This document shows, piece after piece, positions 52,815-64,000 of a stretch of 64,000 bases of DNA. The stretch lies in assembly GCF_006345805.1 (NCBI RefSeq), contig NC_042997.1:49352001-49416000 (forward strand), given 5' to 3'. Below the pieces are notes generated by a model, which worked only from the letters and a program-made list of their open reading frames with translations, was not told the origin of the DNA and did no database searches. Source of the stretch: Octopus sinensis. Lineage: Eukaryota. Positions within the stretch are counted from its first letter, which is position 1. Every line of letters begins with the position of its first letter. Both the position numbers and the translations under genes were made by a program.

Positions 52815-52955
52815 GAGATTACCATGCCACGCGCACATTCTTGTGATGCATGTGCCTGGTGTACCCTTATGAGACGGGTAGTCATGATGGGTATATTGGG
52901 CTTCGTATATTTGTATCCCAGTGATACGTATTACTCTCTCACTCAATAATAATAA
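52815..52955 (+). mobile_element. Family X 3' fragment in (AAT)n
   Basis: Matches 858-1000. Confidence 0.8.
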
Positions 52956-52974
52956 TGGTGATAATGATTTCAAT

Positions 52975-53327
52975 TTTTGGCACAAGGCCAGCAATTTCGG
53001 CTGAGAAGGTAAATCGATTCGATCGCTCCTAGAATTTGAGCTCAGAACGTAAAGACGAACGAAGTGCCGCTAAGCATTTTGTCCGGGGTGCTAACGATCC
53101 TGCAAGCTCGCCGCCTCAATAATAATAATAATAATGTTCCTTTTTATAAAAGGTACAAGGCCTGAAATTTGGGAGGAAGGGACTAGTCGATTACATCGAC
53201 TCCAGTGTTTCACTGGTACTTAATTTATCGACCCCGAAAGGATATTTGAACTCAGAACGTAGCGACGGGCGAAATACCGCTAAGCAGTTCGTCCAGCGCG
53301 GTAAAGATTCTGCCATCACGCCGCCCT
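52975..53327 (-). mobile_element. Two internally deleted SINE A copies in (AAT)n
   Basis: Heads ending ctcgccgcc at ~53116 and cgccgcc at ~53327. tail2 present in both. Confidence 0.75.
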
Positions 53328-53367
53328 AATAATAATAATAATATTAATAATAATAATAATAATAATA

Positions 53368-54279
53368 AAAGCTATAAAACAAATGAAATCCAAACTAAAA
53401 ATAGAACAGCAACGAACCATGATAAAACGATGGCAAGAAAAGCCCCTTCATGGTAAATACTGGACTAAACTAAACGCAAAAGAAATAGACAAAGAAAAAT
53501 CCCAGCAATGGTTGAGAAGCTCAGGACTCAAAGCAGAAACAGAGGGATTTTTAATTGCAGCACAAGACCAAAGCCTCCCCACCAGAAATTACCAAAAACA
53601 TGTAATGAAAAGAAATATTATAAGTAACTGCAGAATATGTGGAGATGGACAAGAAACAATAAATCTAGCTGCCCAGTCCTGGCTAAGAAGGAATATATTC
53701 ACAGACACGACAGAGTTAGGACCTACATACACTTGAAGCTATGCCAACATTATGGAATAACAACAGAAAAAAGATGGTATAGGCACACACCAGAAAAGGT
53801 CACAGAAAACAAGAAAGCAACCATACTCTGGGATATGCCGATACACACAGATAGAGAAATTAAGGCCAACAGACCAGATATAGTTGTCAGAGATCATGAA
53901 GAAAAAAATGCTTTCTAATTGATGTATCAATACCGGCAGATGACAACGTGTCTCTAAAAGAAATGGAGAAACTCTCAAAATACAAAGACCTGGAAATAGA
54001 GGTAACTAGAATGTGGAATCTGAAAACAGAAACAATTCCTATCATAGTAGGCATGATAAAAAAATATTCAGACAAATACATAACAAAAACACCAGGACTT
54101 ACAAACACATATAACATACAGAAAATTGCACTACTAGGCACTGCACACATCATACGCAGAACACTTTCCATACAATAACCATCAGAGCATCACAACAAAT
54201 CACAGCACATACCCAAGGCACACAGAGCTGCGCTCGGTAGTGAAGTGAAAGCACGCTATAAAAATAAAACTGAATAATG

Positions 54280-54300
<21 letters not shown>
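53368..54300 (+). mobile_element. R4/Dong-like LINE 3' fragment with (AAT)n flanks
   Basis: WQEKPLHGKY, ETEGFLIAAQDQSLPTRNY, CRICG..ETI, YIHRHDRV, ILWD..HTDREIKANRPDIVV, EKLSKYKDL, LLGTAHI. Confidence 0.9.
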
Positions 54301-54312
<12 letters not shown>

Positions 54313-54342
54313 TAATTAATAATGATAATGATGATGATGATG

Positions 54343-54379
<37 letters not shown>

Positions 54380-54386
54380 CAACAAC

Positions 54387-54422
<36 letters not shown>

Positions 54423-54480
54423 CAACAACACAACAAACCACAAACAACAACACAACAATAATAATAATAATAATAATAAT

Positions 54481-55246
54481 CTGGAAACATTGGTGGTTCT
54501 TTCAACATCCTTAAACAACCCTTATTCAGGGACCTTTTGAGCGGGATGGGCTACTCAACCTGAAGAAAAATTCTAACTGGGCCCCACCTGCAAGGTCATG
54601 TGCTGTTTTATCACTTGATATGAGATCACCATGTCGGCAACATATGGTTGTGATGCATGTGCCTGTGTACCTTTATCAAACGGGTAGTCATATGGGTAAT
54701 ATTGGAGAAAATGTAACGATTCTGTGGGACTTTACAGTACATACAGACCGAACCATCAAAGCCAATATACCGGATATTGTTGTGAAAGACCAAAACAATA
54801 AAGTTTGCTTATTGATCAACATGAGCATCCCCTGTGATCATAATATCTCGGCGAAAGAGTTTGACAAGCTCAGAAAATATAAAGACCTGCTCATTGAAAT
54901 TGAGAAAATGTGGCATCTCAAGGCGGTTACAATACCAGTGATCGTAGGAGCACTAGGAATGATCAAGAAGGGAACCGAAAATTATATGAGAATGATCCCT
55001 GGCTTACCATCCCTGCAAGAAGTGTAAAAGATTGTCTTAACTGGTACATCACACGTATTGAGAAGAGCATTGTCGATGTGAGAACTATTACTACCCATGT
55101 ATTTTAATTTAACTTTAAAAAAAAATGAACTAACTAGTGAGTTTAGTTTAATGGCCTACCAATGTATACTATGAGTTTCTTTGCCCTAGGAGTCGGGAAG
55201 ACACTTGGCAAGAAATGGAAGCAAATTTGAAAGAAGAAGAAAAAAA

Positions 55247-55300
<54 letters not shown>
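54481..55300 (+). mobile_element. Family X fragment fused to an R4/Dong-like LINE 3' fragment
   Basis: 54481-54697 matches 723-938. From ~54700 it reads ILWDFTVHTDRTIKAN.PDIVV...KLRKYKDL..IPVIVGALG, then an (AAT)n tail. Confidence 0.85.
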
Positions 55301-55308
<8 letters not shown>

Positions 55309-55604
55309 TCCTTTCTACTAAAGGCACAAAGCCTTGTTTCCGCTGGCGATTTTATTATTCTATATTTTTATTTGTTTAAGTCATTTGACTGCATCTCAAT
55401 GAAATATAAACATACCTATAAATATATCTATCTACTTCGGCAAATATTTTTATAACAACGTTTTTATAAGTGTATATCATTGATATATTGACCAATTATA
55501 CGGAAATCTGTACATGCGTGTACATGCAGACGTACGATTGTGAGTATGGGCATGTGTGTGTGTGTATTGATGTGTGTATTGAGCGAAAAGGGCGTGATTC
55601 GTGA

Positions 55605-55638
<34 letters not shown>

Positions 55639-55817
55639 TGATGAGAAATTGTGTAACATGGCCGTGAAGGATTTATATCATATATTTTTACTGAACACAC
55701 AGACACAAACACACGTATGCATCTATACATACAAGCACTCACATATGTATATATCACCCAGACACATATAATATCAATCCCTCTCTTTTTCTCTCTCCCT
55801 CAACAGATATAGGTATT

Positions 55818-55888
<71 letters not shown>

Positions 55889-56734
55889 GTCTGTCTATCT
55901 ATCTACTTGTCTGTCTGTCTGCCTGTCTGTCTATATATTTATATATATATATGTATATTCATATGTATGTATATTTATATGTACGTATATTTATATTAAT
56001 ATATACATATATTTATATGCATGTATAGACTTTTAAAACGCGCGCACACACGCACACGCAACGCACACGCAACGCACACACACACACACTCACAGATAAA
56101 TATGTATATATATAAATATGTGTGTGTGTGTACATATATATATGTGCGTGTGTGTATATTTATATGTATATATATATATATATACACATGTTCATATTCA
56201 TAAGTTCATGTATGTATTTATGTATGTATGTATGTATATATATGTGTGTGTGTATGTGTGTTTATCTTTCTCTCTCTCTCTCTACATATATATATATATA
56301 TATATATGCATGCATGTGCGTAGGCATGTACGTAACTGTGTATGAATTTATTTATTTATGCATACTGTATCAGATACTTCCTTTTTTATTTTCATGTATT
56401 CACCAAGTGGTATTTCCTGCTTTTAGTTGAAGTTCTCTGGTGAAACTAGCAATCTGTAAGTTAATTAGTCAGAAACCCATATTTCAACAGACCCTAGCCA
56501 CTATGTGGTTCTTGTGCCAACACAGTTTAGTCAAGGAAACACACATTATAATCTCCCTAACAAAACGTCTTTCAACCAATGTTTCCTTTTTATAACATCA
56601 TAATTCGTTGTCTTGAATAATTTTTAATCTCTGTAATCGTATGTATATATGCATGTATGTAGGCATGCATACATACACAGACACACACACACACACAAAC
56701 ACACACACTTACAAAAGATTGGGAAAATCTTTGG

Positions 56735-56961
56735 TATTATTTAATCACCATTACACATGTTTCGTCTGCTAATAGGAATTACAGACTTGTACCAATAGTA
56801 GAAAACATAAGTTTTCTCCTATTAGAAATTCTTCATATAGAGAATATTCGATTCTCTGTCTGAAGAATTTCTAATAGAAGACACCTTACATGTTTCCTAC
56901 TACATGTACAGTTCTATAATTCCTATTAGGAAATGAAAAATGTATAATGGTGAATAAATAG
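56735..56961. mobile_element. Diverged fold-back element with degenerate hammerhead core
   Basis: Palindrome centred at ~56848. CTGAAGA (56860)-atttctaatag...ctattaggaaat-GAAA-aat-GTA. Stem I not evident. Confidence 0.55.
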
Positions 56962-56962
56962 T

Positions 56963-57160
56963 CCTTTCTACTATAGGCACAAAGCCTGAAATTTGGGGTG
57001 AAGTGTCTACTCGATTACATCGACCCCAGTGTTCAACTGGTACTTATTTATCGACTTCGAAAGGATGAAAGACAAAATCAACCTTGGAGGAATTTGAACT
57101 CGGAATGTAAAGACGGAAGAAATGCTGCTAAGCATTTTGCCGGACGTGTTACCGATCCCC
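56963..57160 (-). mobile_element. SINE family A (tail2 type)
   Basis: cctttctactataggcacaaagcctgaaattt...core. Confidence 0.8.
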
Positions 57161-57254
57161 CCCCCCACAATCTCTTGTTTTGATATTACTCTGCTGAAAA
57201 TATTTTCTAGTATGTTTAACTCTTAGGTATAAGATTGGGTTTGAAACTTGTTGA

Positions 57255-57930
57255 TAATCATAGGGAATTCGAAGGCCCTTGAACTGAAATAGCATATCTG
57301 AAGGACTCATCCAATCAGATATGCTATTTAAGTTCAAGCGTCTGGAATGTGTGGAACGGAAACGTTTTTTTATCTTGTTACAACTCGTCATATTGTTGGC
57401 TGCTATAATATGGGGCATAAGTTTGACAGCTAATTAGGTACAATTATTGAGATTTCATGCATCCAAATTTCGTCGTAATAGGTGCTCCTGCTTTCAGTTT
57501 TCGGCTGTTTGGAGGGACATCAATCAGCTGAAATGTATTTAGAAACCCTGAGACCATTGGCAGTGACGTTAACGTCAACAACAATGTAAATCGACTTGTG
57601 ATCATTTAGATTAGGCCAGTATTTTGAATGATCGTGGCATTTATATAATCTCAATTTTGATTGTAACATAAGCATTGATTAGCATTTCTTGAGTTTCGTG
57701 AATGGCTGATCTACAACGTCTTTTAGCATTGTGTTATTTCCACATTCTGCATAAAGTAGCAGCAGACTATCGTCCCCAACCGAAGAAAAACTTTTGGAAA
57801 CTGGGCTGCTGAGATATTTCTAAGAAGTACAATTCTCATGCTGGTAGCAAGATGAAATTTTCCACACTCCCTTCTCCAAATACAGGTTTCTTTGAGGCAT
57901 GCTCTTAACTCATTAGATGGAATACTTTAC
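57255..57930 (-). mobile_element. Helitron PIF1-like helicase remnant
   Basis: Decayed minus frames ELRACLKETCIW...LATSMRI, VPPNSRKLKAGAPI..RNLD...LAVKLMPHIIAA, PSDMLFQFKGLRIP match Helitron helicase C-terminal motifs. Confidence 0.7.
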
Positions 57931-58103
57931 CTAAAATCATCATCTATGACGTTAATGTTGCCTCGGAAAGTTTGTAAAGTACGATCGAAAGCTTTATGCG
58001 TAAATCACAAAAAATTTGGATTTGAAATTCTCACTTTTGCTCTTATCTCATAAATTCAGTCTGAACTTGTTTCAGGGCTTCTATCTGTTCAGATGATGTG
58101 GGC

Positions 58104-58515
58104 ACAGGCGTGGCTGTGTAGTAAGAAGCTTGCTTCCCAACCACATGGTTCCGGGTTCAATACCGCTGCGTAGCACCTTGAGCAAGTGTCTTCTACTGTA
58201 GCCTCAGGCCGAACAAAGCCTTGTGAGTGGATTTGGTAGACGGAAACTGAAAGAGGCCCGTCGTGTGTATATATATATATATATACGTGTTTAAGTGTGT
58301 GTATTTGTGTCTGTATTTGTCCCCCCCACCTCACCATCACCAGACAACCGATGTAGGTGTGCTTACGTCCCCCGTAACTTAGCAGTTCGGCAAAAGAGTC
58401 CGATTGAATAAGCCCCAGGCTTACAAAGGATAAGTCCTGGGGTCTATTTGTTCGACTAAAGGCGGCACCCTAGCATGGCCGCAGGCAAATAACTAAAACA
58501 AGTAAAAGAGTAAAA
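58104..58515 (+). mobile_element. SINE family B full length
   Basis: Head, short internal microsatellite, tail ggcggcaccctagcatggccgcag. Confidence 0.88.
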
Positions 58516-58536
58516 TAATATTACATACAGGAAGGA

Positions 58537-59130
58537 AGCGAGCTGGCAGAATCGTTAGCACGTCGGGCGAAATGCTTTGCGGTGTTTCGGCTGCCGTTAC
58601 GTTGTGAGTTCAAATCCCGCCGAGGTCGACTTTGCCTTTCATCCTTTCGGGGTCGATTGAATTAGTACCAGTTACGCACTGGGGTCAATATAATCGACTT
58701 AATCCGTTTGTCTGTCCTTGTTTGTCCTCTCTGTGTTTAGCCTCTTGTGGGTAGTAAAGAAATAGATATTTCGTCTGCCGTTACGTAGTGAGTTCAAATT
58801 CCGCCGAGGTCGACTTTGCCGTTCATCCTTTCGGGGTGGATAAATTAAGTACCAGTTACGCACTGAGATCGATGTAATCTACTTAAATCCTCTTGTCTGT
58901 CCTTGTTTGTCCCCTCTATGTTTAGCCCCTTGTGGGCAATAAAGAAATAAGAAACGTACTTTGCGGTATTTCGTCTGTCTTATGTTCTGAGTTCAAATTC
59001 CGGCGAGGTCGACTTTGCCTTTCATCCCTTTCAGGGTCGATAAATTAAGTACTAGTTGCGTACTGGGGTCGATCTAATCGACTGGTCCCCTCCCCCAAAA
59101 TTGCGGGTCTTGTGCCTAGAGTAGAAAAGA
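58537..59130 (+). mobile_element. Trimeric SINE family A
   Basis: Head-core-tail1, core-tail1, core-tail2. Internal units start near tatttcgtctg. Confidence 0.88.
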
Positions 59131-59586
59131 ATAACATTAAATACAGGAAAATCATTGTGTGTAAGATTGAATGGCAGCTTAAAAGCAGAATTAGCCATCC
59201 TGCTATCTGTGAACAAAACTGAAGCAAGTTTAGATAAAACTACTACAATAGCAATTTGCTTGAGCGAACGCACTATTTTGGCAAAATTAATTTGAACAAA
59301 AGTATTTTATCTGCTCTAACAGAAGTATCAATGAAAACAGAATGAAACATCACCAATTATATGATCCTTCTATAGTATTTTGTCATCTGGGACTATTGTA
59401 TTATAGGTTTGGCAGCTGATGACGGGAATACATATTTGTTATGTTCGTTTGTGGATTTTTATATTTTAGTATCGTTAATTTGAGTTCTCCTTCATTCTTA
59501 GGAAAGTGGAAAATGTTCGTGGATTTATAGTTTATGGAGATTACTTAGATTGATATTGGTTGTTGCTTTATATATATATATATATA

Positions 59587-59855
59587 ATATTAGGGAATAA
59601 ATCCAAATTTACAGGGAAAAATCAGATTTAGGATTGAATCCAATTTTATAGTAAAATATTATATAATATTAATTCGAGACAAAACCACTATTTTGTAAAT
59701 CAAACAAGGAAAGACTTAATCAATACATAAAAAATATTTATTTATTTATTTATTTATTTATTTACTTTATATTAAAATTTTTTTATGTATTGATTAAGTC
59801 TTTCCTTGTTTGATTTGCAAAATAGTGGTTTTGTCTCGAATTAATATTATATATA
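59587..59855. mobile_element. Fold-back element in (TA)n
   Basis: Inverted arms ~59660-59735 / 59778-59855 around a (TTTA)n spacer. Same family as 25800-25950. Confidence 0.75.
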
Positions 59856-59981
59856 TATATATTTTGGATCGATGTTAAGCCTTCCGCCTTGTTTACGTTT
59901 TAGGTATAGGCGGTCTGCATCACTGTTTATGTGGAAATTGTGTGTGCTTGTTAGTATTTTCGGGTTTTTTATGTATGTACG

Positions 59982-60206
59982 TACACTAAGGGGTGCTGAA
60001 AAGTTTCTGATTTTAAGGGTATTGCACAAAAGGCCTGGTAGGAAGCCCAACCTTTAGAGTTCTATTACAGGGCTTAGAAAAATTGAAGGACCGCTGCAAT
60101 ATGTGTGTGAATCAGCGAAAGGAATATATTGAGTAAAACCATAATTAACTGATTCTCCTGTATATTCTTTTATTCAAAGCCAGGAACATTTCGGCCCCCC
60201 TCAAAT
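59982..60206 (+). mobile_element. Mariner-derived MITE
   Basis: Degenerate TIRs aggggtgctgaaaagtttctgattt / aaagccaggaacatttcggcccccct. Internal QGLEKLKDRCNMCVNQRKEYIE* resembles a mariner transposase C-terminus. Confidence 0.7.
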
Positions 60207-60453
60207 ATCAGTGAATCTTGAAGCAAATGAAGCTATAAATAATAGCGTATAAATATCGGATTAAAAACCTTTTGGATAGAAGGGTGGGACGTAAACAAAC
60301 CAACGCAATCGTCAAGCGGTGGTAAAGGACAAACACACACAGAAACATGCATATCGATGTTAAGAAAGTTTGTCAAGTTCAGATCAGAGAAGCAATGGAT
60401 TGAAACCTCAACTTCCGAATAAGTTAATAAACTCTTCGAGATGTATCCAGTAC

Positions 60454-60502
<49 letters not shown>

Positions 60503-60643
60503 ACACATGTGTGTGTATTACGTTATTTGGATTACATATGTGTATATATATTCATATATCTATATGTATATACAATTTTTTTATGTGAACATAGGGTTAC
60601 AATCACACCCGTATAACGATAGATGAACGTGAATTTGTATGTA

Positions 60644-60717
<74 letters not shown>

Positions 60718-61347
60718 TTCCGTGTACGTACGAGCGTGTAATCTTTATTTTCTAGCTTGTATATAAATATTTATGTTTGTGACATATCTTTCACAGAAAA
60801 GGCATTTACAAATGTCTCTGGCGCCTGAAATACACACCACCCAACCATACCAACCACCCTAGAATAATGTAGCTTTAACACCCCGATTAGAGTTTAGCTC
60901 CTTACACTATCAACAGCTGATAGATAAAATACTAGAGCGGTTAACCGCATTTCATTGAATACTTAGCTACGATCACGTCCGAAATAAATGCCATACATTT
61001 GTGATAGTGTTTAAGTTTGTTTCTTAATTGTTTCATTAGCACAAACTGTGTTTGGACATGACCGCAGTATGTTAATTTTATTAATGAAATCTGAAGAAAT
61101 TTAATGCAAAGCTATTTATTGTTGTGAATCTGTTATTGTTAAGGAACGGCTCTGATGGTTAGCTGAACTTGATCTCTCGATGTTACAGCTTTTGATGTTG
61201 CTTAGCCCCCAGGTGAGTACTGATGGAGCCGGCCTATATAATCTAAGGAGACTCCAGTCAGGAACGACTAATCTGTTCATATATTAGGATTTACAGCTAC
61301 AAATGTATTTCCATCGTTTTCCTTTTTTTTCTTTCTTTCTTTCAATG

Positions 61348-61557
61348 CGGCGTGCTGGCCGAGTCGTTAGCACGCCGGTCAAAATGCTTAGAGGTATTTC
61401 ATCCCTCTTCACGTTCTGAGTTCAAATTCCGTCGAGGTCGATTTTACTTTCATCTTTACGCGATGGATGAGGCAAATACCAGATGAGCACTAGGATCGAT
61501 GTGACTGACTAACTCCTCCAGCAAAATTTCAGGCCTTGTGCGTATAGTAGAAAGGAA
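61348..61557 (+). mobile_element. Diverged SINE family A (tail2)
   Basis: Head, core and tail aaatttcaggccttgtgcgtatagtagaaagg. Confidence 0.75.
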
Positions 61558-61734
61558 TTAGGACACTAGAGGGTGACTTGAGAGCGATTATAATGCTGTT
61601 GGTAGCTGAATTGGTCCAGATGTAGCAGGTAAAGTAAATTTTCAATCGTTGTTTTTAATCTTTGTTATCCTGCTTTCATTGTGGTCCATGGCACCTCAGC
61701 CTTTAAGAATGAAAATACGTGGATCTGCTGGTTA

Positions 61735-63935
61735 AACTGTGCAACAAATTTCAGGTTAAAAAAAAAGTACAAGTTAAGTAAGAATTGTTTCTGGGTCGAA
61801 AAATTGTCCTGATTCTGATTCTGACCTTTATTTCTCCAGATTAGGAACCGTTTTCCTGTACCATGTATAATATACTGTGTAATATACTGTATAATATACT
61901 GCATAATATTGCGTATTGAACACAACATTGCAAATACTGAAAGTTACAAAAAACAAAACAAAAATTTAGTTGGTATAACAAAACATATATTGGTTATGAA
62001 TTGAAAACACACCTGTCTGTTTAAACAACTTTTGTCTTCTAAGCCTCTTGTGCGGAGTGTGATCTTTTTTTATACCTCAGCAGTAGTCTATCAACATGCC
62101 AGGGTTCATTTTCCTTTGAATCGTCACACCATCACTGAAATATCCTGATAGAATCTTTCGCCATGTTCATCACTCACATCACCAAGATTTTCCGCAAAAA
62201 ATTCCAAATGAGAGTGAAGCACATGACCTTTTAGAGACATGTTACATCCCATATCATGATAATGACTCAGTAGATCATTCACAATTCGCACATAGTCTTC
62301 TGGAACGATGGTTGCCCAGGAAGTTATCGCAAACTTTCTTGAATGACTCAAAGGCAAGCTTCTCTTTTCTCTTGAGATGTGTGATGAAGGTTTCATCAAG
62401 TATAATTTTTCGAATTTGGGAACCTATGAAGAAACCTTCTTTAATTTTAGCTTGACTCAGGGAAGGGAACTTTTCTGCAAGATATGCAAATGCGGAGGAT
62501 TCCTCGTCCAAGGCTTTCACAAATTGCTTAAAAAAACCAAGTTTGATATGCAAAAGTGGTAAATAAATTCTATCACTTTTCACAAGTGATTTGTGCATGA
62601 TGTTGTGTCTTCCTTGCTCAATTTCATCTCAGATCGACCAATCCTTGCGTACATAATGTTCAGCTCTTGCTCTGAATTTACATAAGCACAGGAAGAAGCA
62701 AAATTTAGTATAGCCAAGCTGAAGGCCAGTAACCTTAAAATCTGCACAAATATGCCAGGTATGGTCATCATACTGTATGCTTGTTAGAATTGCTTTCAGA
62801 TTTTTATATGATTCTTTCATGGTTGTGCTATAAGCTATGGAAACAGAAGGCAGAGTGTTACCATTGTGTAGCAGAACAGCTTTGATGCTGTCCTTGGATG
62901 CATCTATGAAAAGTCGCCCGTTGGTATTTCCAATTGCTCAAACATTTCAGTGATGTCATTACAAAAGCAAAAGTCATCCATCATGGCGAATAATGCAAGC
63001 AGATCCTCAGTACGTTTTCTGTACAGTGTTATCTTCACTCATTTCTCAAGAAGATTACGTTATTGAAGCCTTGATGCCAGAAACTCACTTTTCCCTGGTT
63101 AAATAGAGATCCCTGCAGAATTCATTTAGAACCTCTTGAGAAAATGGTATTGGTTTATTCTCACTTTCTGGATCATTGGGCTCTACACATTCACCACTGG
63201 AATGTTCATCAGCACTGCTGGAACTCTGCATTTCTTGACCTGGAGGTTTGGACACAGATAAATTTTCTGAGTGCTCTACTGGGCGCATTGCTGATTGCAA
63301 ATTTGGGTAAACAATGTGCTTCTTTTTCTTTGCTGTAGTACAGCCTGTAAAGTCATGGTGACAGAAATAGTAATCCCTAGAATGATCTTTCTGCTCACGC
63401 CAAATCATTGGCACACCAAACTTCATGTGAACATTTTTTCCTGCATACCAGGCACTCAATGTCTTCACACATGTAAGGCAACACACATGAGGAGTCCATG
63501 ACTTATCCTGGTCTCCTAAGTAACAATCGAAGTACGCCTTGTATATTTTCTTGATATGGCCTGTACTACTGCGCTTTTATTTAGCATAGGTCAATTCCTC
63601 ACAGATATAACAGAATCTGTTTGGATCATTTTTGAACTGTCTTGCACTCTTTCTTGAAAACAAATAAGATCTGAAAGATAAAAAAATAACATTAAACGCA
63701 AGCTTTGAATCACATTGTAGGTGTTACTAAGATTGGTCTCTAGCCCTGGATTGAAGCCCATTTTACAATGCGGTAAAGAAATTTATTTAATAATAGTGAC
63801 AAAAAGAGTATACAGTGACAATTCTGTAGAAACCGTGCCTAATTCAACAAAAAAGGTCAGAAATGGATTTCCCATGTCATTTTGCATATAAAAATGGCCA
63901 CAGATCTTCTGTACTTTTTTGAGTGTTGCACAGTG
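61735..63935 (-). mobile_element. Full-length decayed Chapaev3-like (CMC) DNA transposon
   Basis: TIRs cactgtgcaaca (minus-strand start at 63935) and aactgtgcaaca (61735). TTA on both flanks (61732-34, 63936-38). Transposase remnant inside. Confidence 0.85.
62040..63650 (-). pseudogene. Chapaev3-like transposase, many frameshifts/stops
   Basis: NDPNRFCYIC, LGDQDKSWTPH.CC..C, IWREQKDH..DYYFC, LFIDAS..KAVLLHNGN, GLQLGYTKFC..LCL, LPLLHIKLG, GCNMSLK.HVLHSH, VSDEHGERFYQDI. Confidence 0.85.
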
Positions 63936-64000
63936 TTATAGAATATTTACTTGCTACTGGAATGACAGCCTGCTAAGTGTGTTCCTCCACTGATCTGTAA

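Overview
Eukaryotic, AT-rich, microsatellite-saturated non-genic DNA, most likely from an octopus or other cephalopod (inferred from recall of the SINE and LINE families, not from a search). I find no credible host exon, and most listed ORFs are translations of (TA)n/(CA)n/(AAT)n/(CAT)n. The window is a mosaic of transposable elements: four tRNA-derived SINE families, CR1-like and R4/Dong-like LINE fragments, a full-length decayed Chapaev3-like DNA transposon with TIRs and TTA TSD, a Helitron helicase remnant, a mariner MITE and a 5.6 kb Penelope-like element (RT + GIY-YIG) with 1.78 kb inverted arms. The most interesting signal is a set of unrelated fold-back elements, mostly inserted in or beside (TA)n. 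All have their 3' ends pointing outward, and most carry type I hammerhead ribozyme motifs with short palindromic stem III. They include a non-coding 471-nt terminally redundant retrozyme-like unit and a back-to-back pair of minimal hammerheads with a U3-A8 core variant. Also present are three tandem duplications bounded by microsatellites, a SINE/LINE shared 3' tail and a 68-bp local templated inversion.
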